In this document: positions 36,886 through 45,778 of the stretch, in pieces
Layout: every line of letters begins with the position of its first letter
How positions within the stretch are numbered: position 1 is the stretch's first letter
Source of the DNA: an uncultured Myxococcales bacterium
Lineage (GTDB): Bacteria > Myxococcota_A > Bradymonadia > UBA7976 > UBA1532
Length of the DNA stretch: 64,000 nucleotides
Reading direction: 5' to 3'
Assembly (NCBI GenBank): GCA_903847385.1
Contig: CAINDO010000548.1
Location: 9,918-73,917 of the forward strand
Made by a program: the position numbers and the translations under genes
The notes under the pieces: model-generated
Told to the model about the DNA's origin: nothing
Seen by the model: the letters and a program-made list of their open reading frames with translations, nothing else
Databases searched by the model: none

Positions 36886-36901
36886 TGGAACGTTTTTTGC
36901 T
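36886..36901 (+). promoter_or_regulatory. Sigma-54 (-24/-12) type promoter upstream of the minor-pilin operon
   Basis: TGGAACG-TTTT-TTGCT compared with the consensus TGGCACG-N4-TTGCW. The GG (36887-36888) and GC (36899-36900) are separated by exactly 10 nt. It lies about 50 nt upstream of the GTG at 36950, within a locally AT-richer stretch. Confidence 0.55.
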
Positions 36902-36949
36902 ACTGCGTCCTCGACCCGAACAGGCGACGAGCACGGAGAGGACAGGCCG

Positions 36950-37633
36950 GTGAACAAGAACGAACCGCACGCGACCCCGGCGAGCCCCCCCATCCCCCGC
37001 GGTCCGCGGGGCTTCACCCTCGTGGAGCTGCTCTTCGCCGTGACGCTCATCCTGGTGTTGAGCTTCCTGGCTTTCCCCTCGCTGAAGACCTTCAGCGCCC
37101 GGGACCACGACACCAGCATGGCGACCTTCGTCTCCCACGAGTTCAACCGGGTGAAGACGCAGGCGCAGATGCGCAACCGCCCGTACATCGTGCGTTTTCA
37201 GGACTTCAGCGGCCAGTCGCCGCGGGGCATCTTCGAGATCTACGAGAGCAACAACACGAGCTGCGTGGACGCCTTCACCGACCTGAACGCCAACGCGCGG
37301 CGTCTGGCGAGGTACGGCTTCGGCGCCACGCCCCTGGCGGGCCAGGCCGACTGGACGCAGCCGCCCGGCGGCACCGACAAGATCATCGGCCTCACCGGCT
37401 GGGTCGGTGTCGGCGGCAACCTCGCGCAGCCCGAGCGCGCTCAGCCCCTGGTGCTCTGCGTCCGCCCGGACGGCTCGGTCCACACGCTGGCCGCCGGGGT
37501 CAGCACCCCGCTCGCCGGGCGCATCGCGCTGCTCGTCCAGCGCTTCGGCGCCGGCCAGATCGTCACGCCCGAGGGCCCCGCGCGGGTCATCCGCTTCGAT
37601 TTCACCCAGCCCGCACGCCTGGAGTTGCTGTGA
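36950..37633 (+). CDS. GspH/FimT-family type IV minor pilin (prepilin-type N-terminal methylation domain)
   Basis: GTG start at 36950 with GGAG 11 nt upstream. The prepilin motif is PRGFTLVELLFAVTLILVL. Confidence 0.8.
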   Translation: MNKNEPHATPASPPIPRGPRGFTLVELLFAVTLILVLSFLAFPSLKTFSARDHDTSMATFVSHEFNRVKTQAQMRNRPYIVRFQDFSGQSPRGIFEIYESNNTSCVDAFTDLNANARRLARYGFGATPLAGQADWTQPPGGTDKIIGLTGWVGVGGNLAQPERAQPLVLCVRPDGSVHTLAAGVSTPLAGRIALLVQRFGAGQIVTPEGPARVIRFDFTQPARLELL

Positions 37634-38220
37634 TGGTCGCCCGACACGGAGTCACCGTGAATCCCCGAGCATCCCGCCGCCCGCGCGGCTTCAGCCTGGT
37701 CGAGGTCCTCGTGGCCGTGGTCGTGAGCGCCGTCGGCTTCGCGGCCGTCTTCGCGCTGCAGATCCGCACCATGCAGGGCAACATCTCGGCCCGAGAGCAG
37801 GCGGCGGCCATGGTCCTGGCCGAGTCGGGCCTGGAGACGCTCCGCACGGAGTCCTACCGGTGGCGCAGCGATGCGCTGCCCGTGGGCCTGCTCTCCGCGG
37901 CCCCACGCCAGTGGCACACGCTCACCGAGCAGCCCGTCGACCACACGGGCCTGCCGCTGAACAGCGCCGCGATCCCCGGCAGCGAGCTCAATCGCCAGCG
38001 CTTCTGCGTCCACTACTGGCTCGAGCCCCTGGACGGCACCTTCAGCCAGCTCCTGAACCTGCGCGTGCGCGTGGTGTGGCCGCGATCGACGAACGACGTC
38101 GGCGGTCTGGCGGCCATGTGCACCGAGATCGGCGCCGTCGCCTTCGTACCGCGCAACCCGGACAGCGTGCAGCGGTGGAACAGCATCACGCTGCCCGGCG
38201 CCCTCCGGATGCGGGAGTGA
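37630..38220 (+). CDS. pilV: Type IV pilus minor pilin, PilV-like
   Basis: The GTG at 37630 overlaps the upstream stop (GTGA). An alternative ATG is at 37633. The prepilin motif is PRGFSLVEVLVAVVV. Size and position after the fimT-like gene are also consistent. Confidence 0.75.
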   Translation: MMVARHGVTVNPRASRRPRGFSLVEVLVAVVVSAVGFAAVFALQIRTMQGNISAREQAAAMVLAESGLETLRTESYRWRSDALPVGLLSAAPRQWHTLTEQPVDHTGLPLNSAAIPGSELNRQRFCVHYWLEPLDGTFSQLLNLRVRVVWPRSTNDVGGLAAMCTEIGAVAFVPRNPDSVQRWNSITLPGALRMRE

Positions 38221-39404
38221 TGAACACCATGCGTCGCAATCGCGGTTTCACCCTCGTCGAGCTGCTGGTCGCGTCGGTCCTGTCCGGGGCCGTGCTGACC
38301 TCGATCTACTTCGTGTTCATCTCGAACTCGCGGCAGTACTACACGCAGGAGCAGGTCGTTCAGATGCAGGAGTCCATGCGCTTCGCGCTGGAGTACCTGA
38401 AGAACGACCTGCGCAACGCCGGGCAGATGGCCCTCGTCAACGGCACCGCCGTCGACACGGACCCCTTCTACTGCGGGCCCCGGAGCGACGATCTGCGCGC
38501 CGTGGACCTCATGAACAACACGGCGGGGGCAGATGCCCCGGCGATCCTCTCCAACCTGGGCAACGCGATCTCGCCGGACCGGATCTCGATCCTCTCCGAT
38601 GCTTCGGGCGGGACGATGCTCGGGGCGCGCTTCGACGGCGCCAACCTGAAGCTGCTCGCCCGGACGGAGCAGATCAGCGCGTCTTCGATGCGCATCGTGG
38701 AGAGCGCGCCCCGGTTCAACGCCCTGTTCCGCACGGGGTACTACCTGCGGATCATGGCGCCGACGGGGCACTTCGACCTCGTGCCCATCACCGGGGTCGC
38801 GTTCGCGGCCGGCGGCGAGTCGACGGTCACGCTGTCGAGGCCGCCGCTCTGCGTGGCCGCCGCCGCCGAGAGCCTGCGTGTGAACACCGTGCAGCGCGTG
38901 CGCTACCGGATCATCGCCGACCCGGCGGACGCGACGAAGACCAACCTGATCCGCGAGGTCATCGACGCGAGCAACCCCGCGCAGGTCGTCGCCGGCGGCA
39001 CGCTGACGGTCGCCGAGTTCGTGGTCAACCTCCAGGTCTGGGGCACCTACGATTCGCGCCTCGCCGCGCTGCCCAAGGACCCGGTCATCAATCCGGATCC
39101 GCGTCTGACGGACGACGTCGGCAACTGGACACCGGTCGTCGTGAACGAGTCGCTGGCGATGAACGTCCGGCCGCACCGCATCCGGGCCTTGAACGTGCTG
39201 CTCGCCACGCGCAGCAACCGCGAGGACGCCGACATGCACCTCGCGCCGGACATCGCGCGCAACGAGAATCAGCGCATCGCGGCGGACCGCACCTGGTTCG
39301 ACGTGGTGGCCGAGGCGGCGCCGCTCCCGCCGAACTTCGCCCGCGTCACCACGCTGCAGGCCCGCGTGGAGACCCCCAACCTGTTGACGGAGGGCGACCT
39401 GTGA
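38220..39404 (+). CDS. pilW: Type IV pilus minor pilin, PilW-like
   Basis: This is the in-frame tail of ORF 37407..39404. The ATG at 38220 shares 1 nt with the upstream stop. It gives MNTMRRNRGFTLVELLVASVLSGAVL, is about 394 aa long, and ranks third in the cluster. Confidence 0.75.
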   Translation: MNTMRRNRGFTLVELLVASVLSGAVLTSIYFVFISNSRQYYTQEQVVQMQESMRFALEYLKNDLRNAGQMALVNGTAVDTDPFYCGPRSDDLRAVDLMNNTAGADAPAILSNLGNAISPDRISILSDASGGTMLGARFDGANLKLLARTEQISASSMRIVESAPRFNALFRTGYYLRIMAPTGHFDLVPITGVAFAAGGESTVTLSRPPLCVAAAAESLRVNTVQRVRYRIIADPADATKTNLIREVIDASNPAQVVAGGTLTVAEFVVNLQVWGTYDSRLAALPKDPVINPDPRLTDDVGNWTPVVVNESLAMNVRPHRIRALNVLLATRSNREDADMHLAPDIARNENQRIAADRTWFDVVAEAAPLPPNFARVTTLQARVETPNLLTEGDL

Positions 39405-40084
39405 AGACCCGCCGCAAGAACGATCCGCGCGGCAGCGCGCTGATCCTCGCGATCCTGATCATGCTGGCCATGCTGGGCCTGGGCCTGATGGCCATGCGCA
39501 CTACGACCCACGCCATGGCCGCCACCGGCAACATCCGGTTGGCGCGTCAGGCGCGGCTCGTCGCCGAGACGGGCATCTACCACGTGGCGACCGTGATGAA
39601 CCGCGGCGGGCTGTCCTACCTGCAGCGGCGCGGCGACCTGCGGGCGCCCGGTGAGGTCGTCCGCATCCGCTTCAACAGTGATGGCACGGTGCAGTACTTC
39701 CGGGGCACGCAGACCGTCGCCGAGAACGTCGGCGCCGTCACCGGGACCACCGCGCCCGTGCCGGCGTTCCTCACGGCGGACGCCAACCGGCCCAGCGCGC
39801 TCGGGACCTTCGCCGACGGCGCCGGCCTGGTGCCCAGCTACTTCGTGGAGCTCGACGGCTTCTCGGTGCTCGACCCCGTCGGCGGGCCCACCTGCGACGG
39901 CAACCCGGCGCTCTGCCCGAAGGACTGCCTGGTCGAGTTCACGGCGACGGGCTTCCTGGCCCGCGTGCCGCTGCCGGGCGACGCCGTCTTCAACGATCGA
40001 AACGTGACCGACCAGTTCGCCCAGCAGACGATCAAGGCCGTGCTCCGCGTGCCCGTCTCCTCGGGTGATCTGTGCCAGAAATGA
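39401..40084 (+). CDS. pilX: PilX-like pilus assembly protein (PilX N-terminal hydrophobic domain)
   Basis: The GTG at 39401 overlaps the upstream stop (GTGA). RGSALILAILIMLAMLGLGLMAM lacks the G/F-E cleavage motif, as is typical for PilX_N. Confidence 0.7.
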   Translation: MKTRRKNDPRGSALILAILIMLAMLGLGLMAMRTTTHAMAATGNIRLARQARLVAETGIYHVATVMNRGGLSYLQRRGDLRAPGEVVRIRFNSDGTVQYFRGTQTVAENVGAVTGTTAPVPAFLTADANRPSALGTFADGAGLVPSYFVELDGFSVLDPVGGPTCDGNPALCPKDCLVEFTATGFLARVPLPGDAVFNDRNVTDQFAQQTIKAVLRVPVSSGDLCQK

Positions 40085-43000
40085 ACCGGGAAACGGGGGA
40101 AAAACGCATGAAGCGCACTCGTACCAGCCGCCGTCAGGGCACCTTGGCCGCGGCCGCCTGTGTCTTCTTCGGTCCGGCCGTCGGCCAGGCGATCGCCCAG
40201 AACGCGGGCGCACCGAAACCGGAGATCATGCTGCTGGTCGGCTCGTCCCGGACGATGGAGCGCTCCGTCGGCGCGTGCACGCCGGACGGTTGCACCCCGG
40301 CCGACGCCGCCTGCTACAACTGGGCGCAGGACCCCCGGCTGCAACCGCCGGCGAACCGCGTCCCGCCCCCGGACCCCACGTACACGCCGTCGCGCATGCA
40401 CCTGATCAAGCAGGCGCTGACCGGCGGGAGCGGTGGGCCCTTCCTCTGCGCGGTCGACCAGGAGTGCATCAAGGACAACGCGTCGGCGACGCCGAACGCG
40501 TGCTCCGTGGAGCTCAACGCCGGCGAGGACAACGACAACGACCTGTCCCACTATCACTATCGCCAGTGGTGCTGCGTCGCCGGCAATTGCGCCAACGCGG
40601 TGCCGTGCGGCGGCGACTCCGGCGACATGACGGTCAACGACTATGCGTTCGTGTCCGCGGATCCCGGCGCCAACATCCTGCCGTACTCCCCGGGGGCGAG
40701 CGCCGACGTCGACACCCAGGGTGTGGTCTATCAGCTTCGCGCGGACGTGAAGTTCGGCCTGATGACCTACGACGCCTCCGTCGACAAGTTCGAGGGCTGG
40801 CGCGGCGGATTCTCCTATCCCAACATCGGCTACGTCGAAGATGGCGTGCAGTTCTCGGTGGACCGTGCCGGGGCCGGGGCCAGCCTGACCGAGCCGACGA
40901 ACCTGCCCGCGACGGACGCCGCCGCGGCGACGCGCCTCATCCCGCCCGTGGCCGCGAGCCTGCTGGCCGGCACGTTCGACCGCATCCGCGCTTCGCAGGA
41001 CCCCACGCGCCCGAACCTGGGCATCAAGAACAGCCTGGCGCCCTTCGGCGGCCTGGTGGACAGCAACTTCGGGCTCGTGAACGACCCGCTCCGCACGGTG
41101 GGCGAGTCGGACGCCAACGTCGCGAACCACAACCTCTTCGTCGCCGAGCGCATCCGCAGCATCGTGCCCTCGGGCTCGGCGCCCGTCGCCGCCGCCCTGC
41201 ACGACGCCCTCGAGTACTACAAGCGGTCGGCGTCGGACCACGGCGATCCGGCGAACGCCTGCCGCGACCGCACGCTGGTGCTGATTGGGGACGAGGCGCC
41301 CACCCGTTACGTCGGCGGTTTCGTGGACAACTCGGCCGCCGTGCCCGTGGCCTGCGCCCGGGACGCCGACTGCAACGCCGTCGCTGGTGGCCGGTGCGAG
41401 GCCGCGAACCCGGTTCAGGACCCCACCAGCCGCGCCTCGAAGGCCGGACATGCGCTCTGCGTGTACCCGGACGGCTACCCGTATCGCAGCAGCGTCGACT
41501 ACGCCGGCGAGCTGTATCAGTCCGGCGTGCCCGTCTACGTGGTCGGTTTCGCGCCCACGAAGGAGGCCCAGAGGGCCTTCAAGGCCATCGCCGAGGCCGG
41601 CTCGCCGGGTCGCGGCCCCAACGGCAGCGGTGGCTACTTCCGCGCCGACGACGCCGACCAGCTCCGCGCGGCCATCACGAAGATCCGCAACTCGCAGGTC
41701 GCCGGCACGCGGTCGCACACGCGGCCCCTGGTGCTGTTTCCCCGCAAGGGCGATACGAACGCCGCCCCTTCGACCCGCCAGTGGCGCCTGAACGCCTGGT
41801 CCGAGGTGCCGGGCAGCGCGGATCCGTTCTGGTACGGCAAGCTCCAGCGCGCCGATCTGTCCTGCCCCGCCCCCGGGGCCGCCGGGGCGGAGTCCGCGGC
41901 GCGGGTCCTCGCCGGCACGACCGAGTTCCAGTCCGTCCTGAACGCGACGCCCAACGCGCCGCGCCGCGTGGTGGCCAGGGAGGGGGCCCAGATCTTCACG
42001 GCCTCCGGTGGCGCCGGCGCGAACATGTTCAACGCGGACGGCACCGTCGGCGCGGCTTACCCCGAGCCCACGGTCCGCTCCTTGACCTCGACGATTCGCC
42101 CGGGCGGTGCCGCCAACGACGCGGCCGACGAGGCCCTGCGCTTCGTCGGTCGGCAGATGAACGGCTTCTTCGGGGCGCGCGGCCTGCCCGACGGGGCCCG
42201 CCAGAACCCCGCGGCGCGCGTGCTCGGCTCCATCGTCAACTCGGAGCTCGTGGCCATCACCCCGCCGGCGCTCCCGCTGACGGCGGGCGCCTACGTGACC
42301 TTCGCGACCACCCACCGGGACCGCCCGACGATGATCGCGACCGGCGCCAACGACGGCATGGTCCACCTGTTCCGCGCGGACACCGGGGCCGAGGTCGTCA
42401 ACTTCGTCCCATTCTCGGCGTGGCCCGCGCTGCGCAACTCGGCGGCGACGCGCCTCGTCGACGGCCCCCTGGACGTGGGGGACGTCTCGTCCTGCCGCTC
42501 CTACGGCGCCGTGACGCCGACCTGCCCGGCCGGTCTCACCGAGCCGAGCCTGCGCACGATGCTCGTCGGCACCGTCGGCAAGAACGGGTCGGACATCTTC
42601 GGCATCGACGTGACCCACACGACGGCGCTGGCCAAGCAGGTCGTCACGGATCCCGTGAGCCTGCCGAACCTGTTCCAGGGCGGTCCGGCCAACTCGGCCC
42701 GCATCTGGGACATCACGCCGACCACGGGGGACATCGAGTACAAGGACCGCCTCGGCAAGGCCGTCTCCCGCCCGGCGCTGACCCACGTGCGCGACGGCGA
42801 CAAGGTGCGCGCCGCGGTCATCGTCGGCTGCGGCGACGACGACACTGGGCCGCTCACCAGCAATCTCGGCGGCGTCGGCCGCTGTGTGCTCGTGCTGGAC
42901 GCGATCACCGGCCAGAAGATCACGGTCCTCGACGGCAACGATCTGGAGACCAGCGCCGAGGGCAACTTCGACATGCCGGTCACGGGCTCGGCGGCCGTGT

Positions 43001-43983
43001 GGCCCCGCGGCGGCATCGCGCCGGCCGATCGCGCGTACATCGGCGACAAGATCGGCCGCATGTGGCGCATCGATCTGCGGGACAAGGACGTGACCAAGTG
43101 GAAGATGCGCCTGGTCTCGCCCCCGGTCGCCAACGCCGGCGAGTTCGCCTACAAGACGGGCCGCGAGGTCATCGGGCGCCCGGCGGTCTTCGCCCAGGAG
43201 AGCGGCAAGCTGGCCGTCCTGTACACCACGGGCGGTCCGGCCAACCTGGCGGGCAACCCGGCCCCCGCCGTGCCGCCGGCCTATGCGGTCAGCATCACGG
43301 ACGCCCTGACCACCAACGCGCAGGGCCAGCAGGTCTTCTCGGCGACGCGGAACTGGGTGTTCCCGATGGGCTTCGACGAGATCGGCACCGGTGAGGTCTC
43401 GGTGGTCGGAAGCATCGCGCTGTTCACCACGCAGCAGTCCGGCGTGCAGGTGTGTGCCTCGGCCACGGGCCGCCTCTACGGCGTGCACGCCACGGACCGC
43501 TACCGGGACGCCAACAACGCGCCGGCGACCTTCCGCCCGGCGCCGCCCGCGCAGGGCATGCCCGCCGATCCGCGCCAGCTCACCGTGAAGCCCATGCTGC
43601 CGAACCTGGCCGCGAACGCGCCGGGCAACGAGATCCTGGCCGTTCAGCTGCCCCCGGGCCGCATCGCCTACGGCGTGACGGTGGCGGACGTGCCCTCGTG
43701 CACGGACGGCGAGGGGACCTCCACCGAGGTCGTGATGAACCTGGCCGACGATGAGCGCGGCCGCCGCGGCGCGCCCCGCCCGACGGACATGTACATGGAG
43801 TCCGTGCAGAACGGGCAGGTCACCAAGCTCCGCTACGACAACAACATCTTCGCCAAGGCCCAGAAGACGGAGCTGAGCCTCTGCCTGAACTGCGGTCAGG
43901 ACGGCAAGGCGCGGGGCGGTCGGCAGAACAAGGCGCCCTTCGTCGCGTCCGTGTCGTACTGGGGTTCGACCTTCACGGAGTGA
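40081..43983 (+). CDS. pilY1: PilY1/PilC-family type IV pilus tip protein (about 1300 aa) with an N-terminal vWA-like region
   Basis: The ATG at 40081 overlaps the upstream stop (ATGA). An alternative ATG at 40108 starts MKRTRTSRRQGTLAAAACVFFGPAVGQAIA. PilY1 beta-propeller hallmarks are TGANDGMVHLFRADTGAEVVNFVP and YIGDKIGRMWRIDL. The vWA-like strand is EIMLLVGSSRTM. Confidence 0.85.
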   Translation: MNRETGEKRMKRTRTSRRQGTLAAAACVFFGPAVGQAIAQNAGAPKPEIMLLVGSSRTMERSVGACTPDGCTPADAACYNWAQDPRLQPPANRVPPPDPTYTPSRMHLIKQALTGGSGGPFLCAVDQECIKDNASATPNACSVELNAGEDNDNDLSHYHYRQWCCVAGNCANAVPCGGDSGDMTVNDYAFVSADPGANILPYSPGASADVDTQGVVYQLRADVKFGLMTYDASVDKFEGWRGGFSYPNIGYVEDGVQFSVDRAGAGASLTEPTNLPATDAAAATRLIPPVAASLLAGTFDRIRASQDPTRPNLGIKNSLAPFGGLVDSNFGLVNDPLRTVGESDANVANHNLFVAERIRSIVPSGSAPVAAALHDALEYYKRSASDHGDPANACRDRTLVLIGDEAPTRYVGGFVDNSAAVPVACARDADCNAVAGGRCEAANPVQDPTSRASKAGHALCVYPDGYPYRSSVDYAGELYQSGVPVYVVGFAPTKEAQRAFKAIAEAGSPGRGPNGSGGYFRADDADQLRAAITKIRNSQVAGTRSHTRPLVLFPRKGDTNAAPSTRQWRLNAWSEVPGSADPFWYGKLQRADLSCPAPGAAGAESAARVLAGTTEFQSVLNATPNAPRRVVAREGAQIFTASGGAGANMFNADGTVGAAYPEPTVRSLTSTIRPGGAANDAADEALRFVGRQMNGFFGARGLPDGARQNPAARVLGSIVNSELVAITPPALPLTAGAYVTFATTHRDRPTMIATGANDGMVHLFRADTGAEVVNFVPFSAWPALRNSAATRLVDGPLDVGDVSSCRSYGAVTPTCPAGLTEPSLRTMLVGTVGKNGSDIFGIDVTHTTALAKQVVTDPVSLPNLFQGGPANSARIWDITPTTGDIEYKDRLGKAVSRPALTHVRDGDKVRAAVIVGCGDDDTGPLTSNLGGVGRCVLVLDAITGQKITVLDGNDLETSAEGNFDMPVTGSAAVWPRGGIAPADRAYIGDKIGRMWRIDLRDKDVTKWKMRLVSPPVANAGEFAYKTGREVIGRPAVFAQESGKLAVLYTTGGPANLAGNPAPAVPPAYAVSITDALTTNAQGQQVFSATRNWVFPMGFDEIGTGEVSVVGSIALFTTQQSGVQVCASATGRLYGVHATDRYRDANNAPATFRPAPPAQGMPADPRQLTVKPMLPNLAANAPGNEILAVQLPPGRIAYGVTVADVPSCTDGEGTSTEVVMNLADDERGRRGAPRPTDMYMESVQNGQVTKLRYDNNIFAKAQKTELSLCLNCGQDGKARGGRQNKAPFVASVSYWGSTFTE

Positions 43984-43986
43984 GCC

Positions 43987-44502
43987 ATGCGGGCGACGGG
44001 TCTCCTCGCTCTCCTGGTCCCGTTCGGCCTTTTGGGCTGCTCGCGGGCCCCGGCGCCCGCCGGCGAGGTGCAACCGCCGGCGGCGGTGACTTCGGCGCCG
44101 GCGACCACCGCGCCGGTCGTGCCCGCGACCCCCCGCGATCCCGCTCGGCAGCTCGTCGCCGAGACGCTCTCGCTGCCCGTGCGCGGCGGGGTGGGGTACT
44201 GGGGCGTCACCCCGCCCGCCGACTGCTCGGCGCAGAGCGCCACGGACGCCGCGCTCCGGTTCCTCTGCACGGTGTCGCTCGAGGAGCTCGAGCGGTACTT
44301 CCGCTACTACTACCCGGTGCTGCGCCTCGTGGAGCGCCCGGGCGGCCTCACGGTCGGGGGCGCCCCGGAGCAGGCCACGGCGCACGTGGTCTCGCTGCCG
44401 GTGGGGGCGCACGGCGCGCAGCTCATCTTGAATCGCCCGCAGCGCGGCCCGCGGGACGAGATAGCCGAGACCCTCCTGAGCCGGCTCCTCGCCCGACCAT
44501 GA
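43987..44502 (+). CDS. Small lipoprotein, function unknown
   Basis: The ATG lies 3 nt after the pilY1 stop. It gives MRATGLLALLVPFGLLGC (lipobox), followed by a Pro/Ala-rich linker and a ~100-aa globular part. Confidence 0.6.
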   Translation: MRATGLLALLVPFGLLGCSRAPAPAGEVQPPAAVTSAPATTAPVVPATPRDPARQLVAETLSLPVRGGVGYWGVTPPADCSAQSATDAALRFLCTVSLEELERYFRYYYPVLRLVERPGGLTVGGAPEQATAHVVSLPVGAHGAQLILNRPQRGPRDEIAETLLSRLLARP

Positions 44503-44577
44503 TTGCTTTCGCGCGCGGTCACGGCGCGTGGTAACGTCCGCGGGTCCGTGCCGGTCCGCCACGCGAGAAGAAAGCGC

Positions 44578-45666
44578 ATGATCTCCATCCGTTCGTTTTC
44601 AGTCCTGCTCCTGCTCCTCGGCGCCCCGGAGCTCGCGTCCGCAGCGCCGGCCGCCAAACCCGTCGGGTCGGTGGTCGGAGTGGCGCTCATGCCCCTCGAG
44701 ACCACGCCGGAGGACGTCGCCGCCGGCCGCCAGATCCTGGCCGCCGTGCGAGACGCCCTCGACACCACCGCGGGCTTCGCCGAGAAGGGCCCCGTCGAGA
44801 TGGGCCTCGACGAGGCGCGGATGTCGTTCTCCTGCTTCGACGAGAAGCCGGGGTGCATGGCCCAGGTCGGCGCCCTCGTGGACGCCCGCTACCTGCTGTG
44901 GGGCAAACTCACGAAGGCCGGCAGCGCGCTGAAGATCGAGCTGCACTACGTGGATGTCGCCAAGGGCACCGCCCGCACCGAGACCTACACCGAGTCCGAG
45001 CCCGGCGCCGTGGATCGGCTCGGGCGGCTGGCCGCGGAGCTGGTCGTGGGGAAGCGCGTGCCGGTCATGGCGCCGCTCACCGTGCGCAGCCTGCCGGCGG
45101 GCGCCTCGGTGCTCATCGATGGCGCGCCGGTCGGCTCTACCCCCCTGGACATCACGCTGCCGCCGGGGGTCCACACCGTGGAACTCGAACTCAGGGGCAT
45201 GCAGTCCCGGCGCCGCACCATCGAGCTCATGTCCGGCGCGCCGGCCCCGCTCGTGGTGGACGAGCGCCTGCGCGAGGTCAACGCCGCACCGCTGGCCGCC
45301 GAGCAGGAGTCTCCGCCGGCCGAAGAGGGCGGTGGCGGGCGCCGCAGCACCAAGTTCTGGCTCGGTGTGGGCAGCGCCGGGGTCGCCGCCGCGGGCGTGG
45401 CCTCGGCGAGCATCTTCGGGCTCAAGGCGCTCGATCACAAAGACTGGGCGGAGAAACACGCCGAGTCCGCCACGGACGCCGAGTGGGCCGCCCGCAGCGA
45501 CGATCTGGCCAGCACGCGCCTGGCCTGCAACGTGAGCTGGGGCATCGCCGCGCTGGCCGCCGGCGCGAGCGCCTACTTCTTCCTCACGGACGACTCGGGC
45601 GAGACCCACGCGGGGGCTGCGATCGTGCCCGGTGGTGGGGCGGTGGGGGTGTCGGGGCGCTTCTGA
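44578..45666 (+). CDS. PEGA domain protein with a signal peptide and C-terminal TM segments
   Basis: ORF 44503..45666 trimmed to the ATG at 44578 (MISIRSFSVLLLLLGAPELASA). The canonical PEGA domain is LTVRSLPAGASVLIDGAPVGSTPLDITLPPGVHTVELEL. TM segments are FWLGVGSAGVAAAGVASASIFGL and VSWGIAALAAGASAYFFL. Confidence 0.75.
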   Translation: MISIRSFSVLLLLLGAPELASAAPAAKPVGSVVGVALMPLETTPEDVAAGRQILAAVRDALDTTAGFAEKGPVEMGLDEARMSFSCFDEKPGCMAQVGALVDARYLLWGKLTKAGSALKIELHYVDVAKGTARTETYTESEPGAVDRLGRLAAELVVGKRVPVMAPLTVRSLPAGASVLIDGAPVGSTPLDITLPPGVHTVELELRGMQSRRRTIELMSGAPAPLVVDERLREVNAAPLAAEQESPPAEEGGGGRRSTKFWLGVGSAGVAAAGVASASIFGLKALDHKDWAEKHAESATDAEWAARSDDLASTRLACNVSWGIAALAAGASAYFFLTDDSGETHAGAAIVPGGGAVGVSGRF

Positions 45667-45693
45667 AGATTTTTGTGCAACGCACAAAAATCT
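45667..45693. promoter_or_regulatory. Perfect 27-bp AT-rich palindrome (12+3+12), a candidate PhaR operator
   Basis: agatttttgtgc-aac-gcacaaaaatct, both arms verified base by base. The core is TGC-N3-GCA. It starts immediately after the PEGA-gene stop and abuts the -35 element of the downstream promoter. Confidence 0.45.
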
Positions 45694-45695
45694 GG

Positions 45696-45724
45696 TTGAC
45701 GCTCCATGGGGCCGTGCATATCTT
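45696..45724 (+). promoter_or_regulatory. Sigma-70-type promoter for the phasin-like gene
   Basis: TTGACG (45696-45701), a 17-nt spacer, then TATCTT (45719-45724). It lies about 55 nt upstream of the ATG at 45779, which has GGGAGA 6 nt upstream. Confidence 0.4.
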
Positions 45725-45728
45725 CCAA

Positions 45729-45744
45729 TTGTGCAGCGCAACAA
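45729..45744. promoter_or_regulatory. Second, imperfect copy of the operator-like motif
   Basis: ttgtgc-agc-gcaaca, again with a TGC-N3-GCA core. With flanks it matches the first site at 15 of 21 positions. It lies just downstream of the putative -10 element. Confidence 0.35.
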
Positions 45745-45778
45745 AACAACTCAACCGCACGCTGCCGGGAGAAATCAC

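Noticed and set aside
39838-44562. 1574-aa ORF on the minus strand, the longest in that region
   Set aside because: It lies exactly antisense to the pilX/pilY1/lipoprotein genes, which have clear family motifs. The product is Arg/Gly/Ala/Asp-rich low complexity with no motif. In 70% GC DNA, antisense frames stay open because stop codons are AT-rich.
45667-45693. The 27-bp palindrome as a Rho-independent terminator of the PEGA gene
   Set aside because: The stem is AU-rich, with the A and U runs inside the arms. The loop is only 3 nt, and no U-tract follows (ggttgacg). The position against a -35 element and the second related site favour an operator. Terminator activity is not excluded.
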